A stretch of DNA of 64,000 nucleotides from a virus (IMGVR_UViG_3300034407_003088:1-64000); one strand, 5' to 3'; counted from the stretch's first letter, positions 36,688 to 47,703 are shown. Notes: generated from the sequence alone by a model not told the origin. Translations and numbers: made by a program.

Positions 36688-37743
36688 CTATTTTGCGTGA
36701 ACATTATGAGTCATATATCCTTGTGCAAAATATACATCATAAGGTTCACAATTTAAATTAACAACCTCTACTTCTTCCTCTACTTTTTGTATAGTGACAA
36801 TTTGTACTTCTGTTAAATCGTCTCTTATTAAATAGTCATCATACTGAACTAATTCATCAGTTCTTTTATATTGATAAATATATCCACTACCCTCTTCACC
36901 TCTACTGATAGCACTTTTAACTAACCATGGATGTTCTTCTGTAGTATTGATAATACTATTGATTCTATAATAACTTTCATAATAATCAAAGTATAAATGT
37001 TTTACACTTCCTGTTACTATTCTTGTGTCTGATATATCATCATCACTCCACTCACCCCAAGTGTCTGTAGAGTCAAAGTCTAATGGAATATCATCATTGT
37101 GATATGCCACAATAGTATCACCTACATTTACATCTTCAATATTTTTATAAAAAGTATTACCCTTTTCATCTTGTAAAGTGATAGAAGTACCAATCAATAA
37201 ACATCCACCACCACCATAAGTGTCATATACTGCACCATAAAATTCATCAAAGTGTATTGGATGTTGTGCACTACCACTTACTGGCCCACCTTGGTCATAA
37301 TCAAAGTTAGGTTTATTGTCTGTTGCATCAGGTGAAATATTAACATTCTCACCTGCGTCATTTACACCACCTACTGAAGCAAAGTCTTGATACAAATCAT
37401 GAATATCTGAGTTTGCACTATTGACTGCAATACCCTTTTCTTGATTCATATCTGATATACTCATGGAAACATTTTGACCAATAACAGGAATTAACAATGC
37501 ACCATGTCCTGGTGCATCCAATATACCTAATGTTGTGGAACCACTTGAGTAGTTCTCACCATTATTAGTGATGTTTGTTGAGACGATAACACCACTACCA
37601 TTACTTGTACAAGTACCTGCAAAACTTTGTCCATGTTTTGATTTAGTTCTTGCATTTAAAGTATAGGTTTGTGAACTACCATACCCACTACCACCATCGG
37701 TAATATTAATACTTAGTATTTTCCAACCACTTTGAAGTGCCAC
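36688..37743 (-). CDS. Virion-type protein with N-terminal GSGY fibre module and C-terminal Hint domain
   Basis: SINITDGGSGY / ITNNGENY modules. Hint about 36703-37203: CLLIGTSI, IEDVNVGD, TTEEHP, VNLNCE, MTHN followed by V. Confidence 0.85.
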   Translation of the reverse strand: MALQSGWKILSINITDGGSGYGSSQTYTLNARTKSKHGQSFAGTCTSNGSGVIVSTNITNNGENYSSGSTTLGILDAPGHGALLIPVIGQNVSMSISDMNQEKGIAVNSANSDIHDLYQDFASVGGVNDAGENVNISPDATDNKPNFDYDQGGPVSGSAQHPIHFDEFYGAVYDTYGGGGCLLIGTSITLQDEKGNTFYKNIEDVNVGDTIVAYHNDDIPLDFDSTDTWGEWSDDDISDTRIVTGSVKHLYFDYYESYYRINSIINTTEEHPWLVKSAISRGEEGSGYIYQYKRTDELVQYDDYLIRDDLTEVQIVTIQKVEEEVEVVNLNCEPYDVYFAQGYMTHNVHAK

Positions 37744-37745
37744 TT

Positions 37746-38327
37746 CTATAACCTCTTTTTAATTTCATCTAATTCTTTTTTCAAATCTTCTATTTGTTTT
37801 TGTTGGTCATTAATACCTTGAACCAATAAAGATACAACCTTATCATATTGTATTGCTTTATATCCATCTTTACGAGTAGTTACAATTTCAGGTAATACTT
37901 GTTCAACCTCTTGTGCAATCAGTCCAATATCATGTCCCTTTTCTCTTTCAACGATATCTGCCTTTTCATTCCAATCAAACTCTACTCCTCGTAGTCTACT
38001 GATTTTAAATAGTGAATCCTCTATAGGTCTGATGTTATCTTTTAATCTTATATCTGAAGAATAGTAAGCTGTTAGATTACCAGTAAATCTACCTGCACCA
38101 TCAACATCCAATGCAACACCAGGTGAAGTATCATTAATACCCAAACCTGTATCTGAGATTGTTATTTGTGTTGATGTGGCATTATCATCTATCCCAAGAG
38201 AATTGAATTTCTTGATATTGATGTTATCAAAAGTAATAGTACCAGTTAGTGCATCATATAAATTAGTTATATGAGCCGTTGTGATTGTATTACCACTTGA
38301 TATTCCTGATTTGTCTAAATTAGCCAT
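37746..38327 (-). CDS. Short tail-fibre protein with peptidase S74 intramolecular chaperone
   Basis: YSSDIRLKDNI, LRGVEFDW, IGLIAQEVEQVLPEIV, YDKVVSLLVQGI plus coiled coil. Confidence 0.92.
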   Translation of the reverse strand: MANLDKSGISSGNTITTAHITNLYDALTGTITFDNINIKKFNSLGIDDNATSTQITISDTGLGINDTSPGVALDVDGAGRFTGNLTAYYSSDIRLKDNIRPIEDSLFKISRLRGVEFDWNEKADIVEREKGHDIGLIAQEVEQVLPEIVTTRKDGYKAIQYDKVVSLLVQGINDQQKQIEDLKKELDEIKKRL

Positions 38328-38334
38328 TTATATC

Positions 38335-38928
38335 CTAAACCTGTATTATTATTTCTTTACCATTTCCACCATTACTACCATTATTTCCATTTGATGCATT
38401 AGAGGCAGATGGGCCAGCTTTACTTCCACCAGTTCCACCTCTTCCTCTTCTTGTAGAAATATTACCATTTGAAGTAGAAGTACTATAACTTGCCGTATTA
38501 CTTGTACCGACACTTGATACAGGTGTAGTGGTTATTATTACGATAGCACCACCTGTACCACCTCCACCTCCTCCACCTCCAGCGGATGAGGCTATTGTAG
38601 ATGCAGTTCCATTTGTAGATGTACCACCACTTCCACCTTGTGCAGAGTTACCTGGTATAATACTTCTTGTTACTGCACCACCACTCAATCCAGCACCACC
38701 ATTTAAAGGAGTACCACTTACACTACCATCCATGGCACCACCACCACCACCTCCAGATGGGCCTGCACCTGGTGATAATCTACCAGTAGTATCTTCAGAA
38801 CTTAATACATCTCTCATCATCTGTACTAAGTGTGGGTCAATTACATTTATTCTTGTGGTTCCAGATGCTGCAGATGAGGCACCACCAGCACCACCACTAC
38901 CACCTATATTTCCAGTTGTTACTGCCAT
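38335..38928 (-). CDS. Glycine-rich virion/fibre-associated protein
   Basis: GGGGGGGTGGAIVII and GNNGSNGGNG motifs like the C-terminus of the adjacent giant protein; own AGGAGA RBS. Confidence 0.75.
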   Translation of the reverse strand: MAVTTGNIGGSGGAGGASSAASGTTRINVIDPHLVQMMRDVLSSEDTTGRLSPGAGPSGGGGGGAMDGSVSGTPLNGGAGLSGGAVTRSIIPGNSAQGGSGGTSTNGTASTIASSAGGGGGGGGTGGAIVIITTTPVSSVGTSNTASYSTSTSNGNISTRRGRGGTGGSKAGPSASNASNGNNGSNGGNGKEIIIQV

Positions 38929-38955
38929 ATAATATCTCCTGTATTAAATTTTATG

Positions 38956-41900
38956 TTATGGTAAAAGTTCTTCACCATTTCCTCCATCACCACCTTTACC
39001 ACCATCGGCCTTGAATCCATATCCAGTATTCGCATTATTAACAATTTTTCTTGAGGCTATAAACATTATACCACCTGAACCACCAGCACCACCACCGCCA
39101 CCACCAGTTACATCTGCTGTACCACTATTTGGGCCACTATTTCCACCTTGTCCACCATCACTACCACTTACTAATGTTGTTGTTAAATTTGTTGAAACAC
39201 TTTTTCCTTTAGCACCACCAGCACCACCAGCACCACCAGCTTTACCAGCACCACTCTGGCCAGCAGCTTGTCCATCAGTTCCATTTTCTCCACTGGCATC
39301 TATTAAACCTGTGGTATTAATTGTTAATGTATCGTTTACATATAATCTAAATCCATTTGTGTATAAAGTTTTACCATTATCTACTATTAAGTTTGTAACA
39401 TAAACATCCCTCACTAATGCAAAGGAATTACTTCCGTCACCTTTTATAATTTCAGCACTATCATCTTCTGATGTGATACTTGTCTGACTAGCTAATGTTA
39501 TTGTGGTTGAATTGTCTGTACCTGCACCGAACAATCTACTTCTTTCAAGTAAATAATCTTTTGATTCAATATTACCCTCTGGTGTGAATCTAATTTGATT
39601 AGAACCAGTCATAAATGTTGCTTGTCCATCTGGTAATAATGCATAACCACTACTACTGATTTCTAAATTATTTCCTGAACTACTGATGTATGCGTTATCA
39701 CTTCCTTTTGAACCTAAGAAAAATGTAGATGAACTCATAATCAAATTAGTACCATCCCACGATATTCTATGTCCATTACCTTCACCAGCTCTGAAGTGTC
39801 CACTACTATTTAATAAGACTCCTGTACCACTCGTTAAGGTTTGTGATGCTGCACTTGCACCATATATAAGTGTTGAATTATTCATTCGTAATGTTGTACT
39901 ACCACTTAAATGGAAATCATCTGTAACTAATTTAAGTGTGTTGGTTCCATCAAATGAAATCCTTGAACCTGTAGAACTACCAACTAATAATCTACCTTGA
40001 CCATCTGCATAAAATCCATTACCACTATCAAAGGCAGTTGGTGGTGATACACCTAATGAAACTTTACCATTATTAGTTGCACTATCCATAATGATAGTCC
40101 CTGCATCTAATGCAAAAGTATCGGATTTTAATTGTAAAGTGTTACCAACTGCATCAAACTTGATTAAATTATTGGCATCTCCTCGTACTAAGAAGTCTCC
40201 AGTACCATCCATGAAGATACCTTTATTAGTTCCACTAACACTTGTGTTTAAGGTTGCACCCATTGCAAATACTGGTGTACTTGCAGTGGAATCTAATTTG
40301 ATTTTATTTGTACCTGTTGTTAATAAATCTATATCTGTAGTTTTTATACTTAAGGTTGAACCATCAAAGTTAACATGGTTTGCACTTGTGTTTCCAAATA
40401 AGAATGTTCCATCACCTTTTAAGAAAATACCACTACCTGCAGTTGCACTTTCTGGTGGTGTAGAACCAAGTGCAATTGTTCCAACACCAGACGAGGACGC
40501 AATCAATGTATTTGTGGTTAAATTAAAATCTCCTGTTACTATTTTTAAACTATCATCTCTACCATATGCAAATGATTGATAATTACTTTCACCGAAGTTT
40601 ATTGTTGCATTGGTATCAACTGCCAAGTTCGTAGAGAATAGGAATGCACTTGCACTTAATGCACCTGCAGTAGAGACAAAGAAGTCACTACCACTTAACT
40701 CACCACCATCAACTTTGATTATTGGAACTCCACCTGTTCCACCATCTGCATCTAATACAATCTTACCACTACCCAAATCTATTTTTTGGTTTGTAGAACT
40801 TATATCAAGAGCTGCAGTATCTAATTCAAATTGTGTTGTTTTAATGTTAAATGTACTACCACCATCAAAATTAATATGATTACCACTTGTATCACCAATT
40901 AAGAACTTACCTGTCCCATCCACATAAAAACCATCACCATTATCATATGCAACTGGTGGTGTTGCACCTAATGCAATCACCCCACTATTAGATGATGATA
41001 CTCTCATTGTTGAAACATCTAAATCAAGTTGTGTTGTTTTGATGTTAAATGTACTACTACCATCAAAGTTAATATGATTACCACTTGTATTACCGATTAG
41101 GAATTTACCTGTCCCATCTACATAGAATCCATTACCATTATCATATGCAACTGGTGGTGTTGAACCAAGTGCAATTACTCCTGAATTAGATGATGATACT
41201 CTCATTGTTGAAACATCTAAATCAAAATTAGTTGTTCCAATCTCAATATTACTACCACTTATTTTTGCTCGTGTAGTTCTTAAATCTAAATCACCACCAT
41301 TGAATTGTAAATATTTATTGGCACCTGCCTTGAAGATAAAGTCACCATCACCCTCAATGTATACACCTTTATTAGTTCCACCTGTATCTGTTACACTTGA
41401 AACACCATTACCAACTTGGATTGCACCATTACCTGAACCATCAAGGTTAATCGCTCTATCATTACCAAGACTCATTGAGGCTTGTGTGGATGATATCTCA
41501 ATACCACTTGATGTTACTTCAAGTCTTGAAGTTGATACTTGTAAATTATCTACAGCAAGGTCAAATGTACTACCAGTCATTATTAAGTAATTGGTTGGAT
41601 TTCTATATATAGAAATTTCACCACTACCACTCATGAATATTCCTTCAGTTCCAAATGTTGTTGCAGATGAACCAAGTGCGATTTTTCCACCACCATCTGT
41701 TTTAACATCAAATGTGGATGTATCTACATTTAAGTTTTCTGTTTTTACTTCTAAACCACTTGAATCAAATCTTATATATTCATTTGAGTCTTTTTGTAAA
41801 TTAAATTCTCCACTACCACTTAAGAATATACCATTACTTGATAAGTTTGTTGGGATTACACCACCCAATCCGATACTACCGCCTGCAGTACCTTTTAATT

Positions 41901-44900
41901 TTATTCCACCATCATTATTTGGGTCACTATCGTGACCTAAACTCATTGATGCTTGTGTTGATGATATATGTAGGTCTGTTGCATCTAATTCAAATTTTTG
42001 TGATTGTATTTGTATATCACCACTACCATCATGTGATAGGAAATTGGTTCCTGAACCTACTTTAAATTGTCCTGTAGTATACCAATAGTTATGGTCATTA
42101 ACACTAATACCATCGTTACTACCATTTACATCAGTACCAATTATAATCTTATTACTTGCACCAACTCCTGTATGTACAAATAACTTACCAGTAATAGAAC
42201 CTGTAGTTGCAGTTATACCACCAGTAAAGTAACCATTACTTGTATAAATACCAAACCCTGCATTTGCTGGTGTGATACCAAACTCTGCAAACTCACTAAC
42301 ATTCACTCCACTTAAATCACCAACACGAGCTTTCAAATCTACATCATAAATCCCACTACCTGTTCTTTCTACAATATCAATGTATGGTGTGGTTACATCA
42401 TTTGGATTTGCATTTAATTTAATGTATCCACTTCCTGATGTATTTGTACCAGTTCCACTTACATAACGACCAGTACTAACAATTACTTGTCCTTCTTCAT
42501 AGTCTTGTGCATTACTTGCCAAGTCTCCTACAAAGGAACCTTGACCACCTGCACCCCAACTTCTTGAAACATAAAGTTTACCTGCAAAATTAGTAGCACT
42601 ATCAGGAAAATCTCTTGAGGCACTTTGAACTAATACATACTCTGTACTAAATCCTGTTGCTCCTATTTTCTTTATTTGTAAAATTTCACCATTTACAAGT
42701 GCTGCATTTGTCAATACACCTGATGAATTAAATCCATTATAACTACCTGTAAATCCAGTTGCATTTACTACCGACATAGTTGAGTAACTTGCAGATATTA
42801 CACCTGAACCAGTTAATGATGTTGAGTTTGCAACATATAATTGTCCACCAACGGCATTTACGGTTTCTTTCTCAAAGACTGCCGTAGATAATGTACCACG
42901 AATTCTTGCATTTTCAAACTCTGCAGTTCCATTACCCTCTGCAGATATTCTCCAACCTTTTAGATTAGATGCAAAGTCTGCAGTTTCTATTGTTCCTGTA
43001 CTTCTTATAAATAAATTATCAGAGAATATATTACCTGAGTCTATTGTCCACCCTGCAATCCTATTACCCTCTTCACCAAACTTAACTAAAGTATTACTAT
43101 CGGCAGTTCCACTTCCATCATAGATTTTCATCCCATAATCATCACTACCACCCGCATCACTTGTTTCACCAATTCTTATATATTCATCACCACTATCGTT
43201 AAATACTTGTATTCTTTTTGTAGATGTATTAATATCAATATTAGTTGTATCAATTTGTAATTGGTTTGAAACTATTGTAAAATCAGCACCATCAAATTGT
43301 ATTCTATTACCATCATGTATACCAATTAAAAGTTTACCATTACCATCTGCATAGAAACCTGTTCCACTATTGTATGCAGTTGGTGGTGTACCACCTAATG
43401 CAATAATACCATTGTTGGTTCCACTATCTAATATCAATGTTCCTGCATCTAAATCAAAATTTTCTGCCTTTATATCTAAATCTGCAAATGATTTTCTAAT
43501 GTAGTTAGTGGCATTTGTATATGCAAGAAAGTCACCAGTACCATCCATATAGATACCAGCATTTGTACCACTACCAGTTGTGTTTGGTGTTGCCCCTAAT
43601 GCTATCTGACCACTCTTTGTTCCACTATCTATTACTAATGTAGAAGTTGCCAAGTCAAATGTACCTGCCTTGATATCAATACCACCACCATGGAATTTTA
43701 GATACTCTGCATTTGCACCACCTTGTTTAATCAGTACATTACCACTTGAATCCACATGGAATCCTGTAGATGCATCTGCGATATCAGTAGCACTTGCCAA
43801 TGTACCTATACTGATTTTATCATTTGATATTTCTAAGTTTGTTCCTGTTAATGAGAATGTACCTGATTTTATTGTTACATTACCACTATTGAATTGTAGG
43901 TATTCAGCGTTTGCACCACCTTGTTTAATCAATACATTACCACTTGAGTCAACTAAGAAACCTGTAGATGTATCTGCAACATCGGTAATAGCACTTAATG
44001 TACCTATGCTAATTTTATCATTTGATATTTCTAAATCTGTTCCTGTTAATGAGAATGTTTCAGATTTTATTGTGAGTGCAGTACCTATCTTTCTTACTAA
44101 GTTTGTTGCATTACCTTGAAAATTAAAATCACCACTACCACTTAATAATAATCCATCACTTGTTAGATTTTGTGGTATGGTATCACCCATGGCAATTGTT
44201 CCACCACCTGATGATGAGATAAACATTTTAGGTGCACTTAATTCAACATCAGTTCCATCAAATTTAAAAAATCTATCACTACCATCTCCAATATAACCTC
44301 TCGGTGTTCCACTATTATATTCTAATTGAATCCCTTGATTTCCGAATGTGGTATTGTTTATTGTAATGGCCTTTGTTGCAGAATTTAAACCAACATTTGT
44401 TCCACTTTTAATCTCATCCGAATCAATTGTAAATCCACCAATTTTACCACCATCAAATAAAACTTTTGAACCTGTAATTTGTCCACTTGATTTTAATAAT
44501 AAGTTATCACCTGTATCATTTATTTGTGTTGAAGTTAATTCAAAACCACCAATTTTACCACCATCAAAAAATACACTTGAACCACTTACATCACCGTCTG
44601 CCTCAACTTGGAAGTTAGAACTTGAGATAAAATAACTATTACCTGTTGCTCCACCATCTAAGTGAAATGATGTTCCTTGTTGTAATTTTGTTCCACTTAT
44701 ATCAAATCCAGCAATTTTACCACCAGTAAATAATACATTTGAACCTGTTATATCTCCATCTTGTTTTACATTAAATTTTGATGTAGAGATAAACATATAT
44801 GAAGCACTATCTTGACCACCTATTGTTGGTGAACCACTAATGAATATATTGGTACTACTAAATGAATGTGAATCAGTAGTGAATCCACCAATCAAACCTG

Positions 44901-47703
44901 CACTTGCAGTTATCGTACCTTCAAATTTTGCACCACTTGCAATCAACACACCATCTTTATCCACCATGAAGTTTGGCCCCATCTTGATATAAAAATTATC
45001 AGGACTTTCTTCAAGTGGTGTAAAGTCTATGTAGTATTCATCTCTTAAATGGTCAAATGCTGCAGATGTATCAGAACCTGGGCCTTGGTCTGTTTTGAAT
45101 ATCGTGGAATTATTTGCATTCATTGTGATATTACTACCACTAATTTGTCCATCTATTATTTGGAAATCTCCAATGTTACCAGCAGTAGCATTAATTGTAC
45201 CACTCATGGTTACATCACCTTGTTGTGTTAGGTGAAAGTTACTTGAACTAATCTCTATGTTTCCACCACTACCACTAACAAATGCAGAACTTTCACTACC
45301 CAAGAAGAATGTATCAGTTACAACTTCAAAAATACTTGGTTGAGTTCTAAATCTTAAATATCTATCATTTGAACTATGAGCATCAACTAATTCTAATCCC
45401 ACTCCATCATAACTTTGTGATGTACCTATTGATTCAGATACAGAACCACTAAACATTAAGAATCCACCTTTGTTCTCTGCTATTGTTCTATCAAAACCAT
45501 TATACCCAATACTTCTAATATAGGCAGAACCACCATGCATTTGGATACCACTACCTTCTACACTTCCCATATACATGGAACCACTAAGTAGATTACCATC
45601 ACCATCAATGTTTATTGCAGCACCTACGAATGGTACATTTTCTGTTAAGGCAATTGTCTCTGCAATATTATTATTTACATCAAAAAACTCTGCCAAGAAA
45701 TCATATTGGTCTGGTTTTTTAGGCATTGGATGAGGCATCGGTACGATTGCCTTAAAGAATTCAGGATTAAAGTTTGTTTCACTATAAGGTCGTAACATCA
45801 CATCGGATATTACAAATCTACCTGCCTCTACTCTAAATATAATTTGTGTTTTTGGGTCACCTGTTTTTGAAGATATAAATGTATTAAAGATGTTCTCAAT
45901 TGTACCTTGTGGTGTAGAGTTATTAGTTGGTATATCAACTTCACCTAAGAAATGGTTATCTTCTCCACCTGTTCCAGTAATTGCAGAACCACTTAAAAAT
46001 ACTTTTAGAGTAGCTCTTTTTTCTATATCTCCACTTTGTTTTGATATTTGTTTATCTTCTTTTAAATAATGTGCATTGAACTGAATCGTATATGGTACAT
46101 TATATTCTAACTCTACACTTTGTGATGTTATTAAATCTACATTTTCAGTTAAACCTTTATTACTACCACTAATTAACATCCCATCAATGATATAATCATC
46201 ATTTCGTGTTTTAGTACCATTACTTATTGTCCAATAATCATCTATGATATCTTGTTTATAAAAATATCCTGTGTTTGCAAAACCTGTTGTACCGAATGGG
46301 TCTATTAATAGTTGTGGTGATTCAATTGGTGTTTCATATATCTTCTCAAAGTCACCAAGAGTTCCTCTACTTTTTGCATAAATCTTAGTTTTATAAACAT
46401 CACCACTAAATGTCCTTAAGTTACCAACCGTAATATCTGCAAATGACCTAAAGTGTGTATTACTTATGGATTGAGATGGTGCTGGTGTATATGACATTGT
46501 AACTTGTGATATTCCTGCCGTTTCATCAGGTTCAAGTAATATATCTGCAGGAAACTTTATACCTGAATCTTTTTCAATTACAAAGAATTGGTCTTCAGGT
46601 ACACACACTCCACCATTTTTGACTTTTTTAATTTTAGTTTCAAAACTTGTAGGTATTGTAAACTTGTCACTTGGAAATTTATTTGTATCTACTTTCGGAT
46701 TATTAACCGTAAGTGTTCCACCAGTAAGTGCACTTGAGATTTTATTTGAATCATTTTCAGTTCCACTTTCTAAACCATTTATTACAAATTCTGACTTTTC
46801 TTGTTCAGGTGATTCCCTTCTAACAATTCTACCACGAACTGCCAATGCTGGTTGTCGTATAACCTCAATCTTATTCTTTCTATTGTTTTTAAGTCTTTCT
46901 ATATGATTGGTAATACTTTCAACACTATCAAAATCAATTGGTTTAATACCTTCAAATGGTAATGGGTCTGGTGGTGGTTTTTGACCTTCAGTATGGTCTG
47001 GTAGATTAACTATCTCACCACTACCTGTAATCGTTACGGTTGTGTCTGCAGTACTATTATTTATAAATCCTTTAACAATTTCCCTTGCAGTTATTGTGGG
47101 TGCACCATGGAAAATAATTGGTTCTGTATTCGGTATAGTGGAATTAATAAAGATAGGTCTTACATATCTAACATTGTAAATACCTTGATAAGCCTGTGGT
47201 ATATCTTGTACTTGTGCCTGTTGTTGATTACCTTGTGATATATTTTTTATTTTCTCAAGTTCTTCAATTTCATCAAGAACATCATTACCGAATTTTGCTT
47301 GTTGTTTTAAGTCTTCTAATAGTGGGTCAAATGGACTTTGATTTGGTGAAGTTGTTGTATCTACATGACCATCTTTTAATTCACCAACAATGTAAAGAAA
47401 CCCATCACCTGGTGCAACATCATCATACACTTCCATTGATATTCTACGAGCATTACCCTCAAGATAATTTGGAATAGGTTCTGTATATACGGTGTTACCT
47501 GCAGAGTCAAGTATTTCTATTTTTAACTCTACATTTTCTTTTAGAAATCTTGAACCAGCAATAATAAAGGAAGAAGCACCTTTTGGAATGGCACTCGGAA
47601 AGTCTACTACATTGAAATATTTACTGGTAAGTCCAGATTCTTCAACGAGTACATCTAAATCTTTTAATCCTTGGAATTTATTTATCTTTTTTAATACTGG
47701 CAT
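38956..47703 (-). CDS. Giant (2915 aa) repeat-rich virion/tail-fibre protein
   Basis: Globular N-terminal region, G/S/T-rich beta repeats, a phage tail motif (GTAEFENARIRGTLSTAVFE) and a Gly-rich C-terminal domain. Confidence 0.85.
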   Translation of the reverse strand: MPVLKKINKFQGLKDLDVLVEESGLTSKYFNVVDFPSAIPKGASSFIIAGSRFLKENVELKIEILDSAGNTVYTEPIPNYLEGNARRISMEVYDDVAPGDGFLYIVGELKDGHVDTTTSPNQSPFDPLLEDLKQQAKFGNDVLDEIEELEKIKNISQGNQQQAQVQDIPQAYQGIYNVRYVRPIFINSTIPNTEPIIFHGAPTITAREIVKGFINNSTADTTVTITGSGEIVNLPDHTEGQKPPPDPLPFEGIKPIDFDSVESITNHIERLKNNRKNKIEVIRQPALAVRGRIVRRESPEQEKSEFVINGLESGTENDSNKISSALTGGTLTVNNPKVDTNKFPSDKFTIPTSFETKIKKVKNGGVCVPEDQFFVIEKDSGIKFPADILLEPDETAGISQVTMSYTPAPSQSISNTHFRSFADITVGNLRTFSGDVYKTKIYAKSRGTLGDFEKIYETPIESPQLLIDPFGTTGFANTGYFYKQDIIDDYWTISNGTKTRNDDYIIDGMLISGSNKGLTENVDLITSQSVELEYNVPYTIQFNAHYLKEDKQISKQSGDIEKRATLKVFLSGSAITGTGGEDNHFLGEVDIPTNNSTPQGTIENIFNTFISSKTGDPKTQIIFRVEAGRFVISDVMLRPYSETNFNPEFFKAIVPMPHPMPKKPDQYDFLAEFFDVNNNIAETIALTENVPFVGAAINIDGDGNLLSGSMYMGSVEGSGIQMHGGSAYIRSIGYNGFDRTIAENKGGFLMFSGSVSESIGTSQSYDGVGLELVDAHSSNDRYLRFRTQPSIFEVVTDTFFLGSESSAFVSGSGGNIEISSSNFHLTQQGDVTMSGTINATAGNIGDFQIIDGQISGSNITMNANNSTIFKTDQGPGSDTSAAFDHLRDEYYIDFTPLEESPDNFYIKMGPNFMVDKDGVLIASGAKFEGTITASAGLIGGFTTDSHSFSSTNIFISGSPTIGGQDSASYMFISTSKFNVKQDGDITGSNVLFTGGKIAGFDISGTKLQQGTSFHLDGGATGNSYFISSSNFQVEADGDVSGSSVFFDGGKIGGFELTSTQINDTGDNLLLKSSGQITGSKVLFDGGKIGGFTIDSDEIKSGTNVGLNSATKAITINNTTFGNQGIQLEYNSGTPRGYIGDGSDRFFKFDGTDVELSAPKMFISSSGGGTIAMGDTIPQNLTSDGLLLSGSGDFNFQGNATNLVRKIGTALTIKSETFSLTGTDLEISNDKISIGTLSAITDVADTSTGFLVDSSGNVLIKQGGANAEYLQFNSGNVTIKSGTFSLTGTNLEISNDKISIGTLASATDIADASTGFHVDSSGNVLIKQGGANAEYLKFHGGGIDIKAGTFDLATSTLVIDSGTKSGQIALGATPNTTGSGTNAGIYMDGTGDFLAYTNATNYIRKSFADLDIKAENFDLDAGTLILDSGTNNGIIALGGTPPTAYNSGTGFYADGNGKLLIGIHDGNRIQFDGADFTIVSNQLQIDTTNIDINTSTKRIQVFNDSGDEYIRIGETSDAGGSDDYGMKIYDGSGTADSNTLVKFGEEGNRIAGWTIDSGNIFSDNLFIRSTGTIETADFASNLKGWRISAEGNGTAEFENARIRGTLSTAVFEKETVNAVGGQLYVANSTSLTGSGVISASYSTMSVVNATGFTGSYNGFNSSGVLTNAALVNGEILQIKKIGATGFSTEYVLVQSASRDFPDSATNFAGKLYVSRSWGAGGQGSFVGDLASNAQDYEEGQVIVSTGRYVSGTGTNTSGSGYIKLNANPNDVTTPYIDIVERTGSGIYDVDLKARVGDLSGVNVSEFAEFGITPANAGFGIYTSNGYFTGGITATTGSITGKLFVHTGVGASNKIIIGTDVNGSNDGISVNDHNYWYTTGQFKVGSGTNFLSHDGSGDIQIQSQKFELDATDLHISSTQASMSLGHDSDPNNDGGIKLKGTAGGSIGLGGVIPTNLSSNGIFLSGSGEFNLQKDSNEYIRFDSSGLEVKTENLNVDTSTFDVKTDGGGKIALGSSATTFGTEGIFMSGSGEISIYRNPTNYLIMTGSTFDLAVDNLQVSTSRLEVTSSGIEISSTQASMSLGNDRAINLDGSGNGAIQVGNGVSSVTDTGGTNKGVYIEGDGDFIFKAGANKYLQFNGGDLDLRTTRAKISGSNIEIGTTNFDLDVSTMRVSSSNSGVIALGSTPPVAYDNGNGFYVDGTGKFLIGNTSGNHINFDGSSTFNIKTTQLDLDVSTMRVSSSNSGVIALGATPPVAYDNGDGFYVDGTGKFLIGDTSGNHINFDGGSTFNIKTTQFELDTAALDISSTNQKIDLGSGKIVLDADGGTGGVPIIKVDGGELSGSDFFVSTAGALSASAFLFSTNLAVDTNATINFGESNYQSFAYGRDDSLKIVTGDFNLTTNTLIASSSGVGTIALGSTPPESATAGSGIFLKGDGTFLFGNTSANHVNFDGSTLSIKTTDIDLLTTGTNKIKLDSTASTPVFAMGATLNTSVSGTNKGIFMDGTGDFLVRGDANNLIKFDAVGNTLQLKSDTFALDAGTIIMDSATNNGKVSLGVSPPTAFDSGNGFYADGQGRLLVGSSTGSRISFDGTNTLKLVTDDFHLSGSTTLRMNNSTLIYGASAASQTLTSGTGVLLNSSGHFRAGEGNGHRISWDGTNLIMSSSTFFLGSKGSDNAYISSSGNNLEISSSGYALLPDGQATFMTGSNQIRFTPEGNIESKDYLLERSRLFGAGTDNSTTITLASQTSITSEDDSAEIIKGDGSNSFALVRDVYVTNLIVDNGKTLYTNGFRLYVNDTLTINTTGLIDASGENGTDGQAAGQSGAGKAGGAGGAGGAKGKSVSTNLTTTLVSGSDGGQGGNSGPNSGTADVTGGGGGGAGGSGGIMFIASRKIVNNANTGYGFKADGGKGGDGGNGEELLP
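40831..41226 (-). repeat. Tandem 198-nt (66-aa) duplication in the giant fibre gene
   Basis: DLDVSTMRVSSSNSGVIALG.TPPVAYDNG.GFYVDGTGKFLIG.TSGNHINFDG occurs twice; GTACT anchors at 40853 and 41051 are 198 nt apart. Confidence 0.9.
43665..44060 (-). repeat. Second tandem 198-nt (66-aa) duplication in the giant fibre gene
   Basis: TFSLTGT.LEISNDKISIGTL....D.AD.STGF.VDSSGNVLIKQGGANAEYL occurs twice; TCCTGTTAATGAGAATG at 43843 and 44041. Confidence 0.9.

Noticed and set aside
34176-37743. Calling the Hint domains true inteins or mobile elements
   Set aside because: There is no C/S/T at +1, only 4-7 residues of C-extein and no homing endonuclease.
38926-38958. Programmed frameshift or readthrough joining the 2915-aa and 197-aa genes
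   Set aside because: They are in the same frame but separated by two TAA codons, and the second gene has its own AGGAGA RBS; no slippery site is needed or evident.
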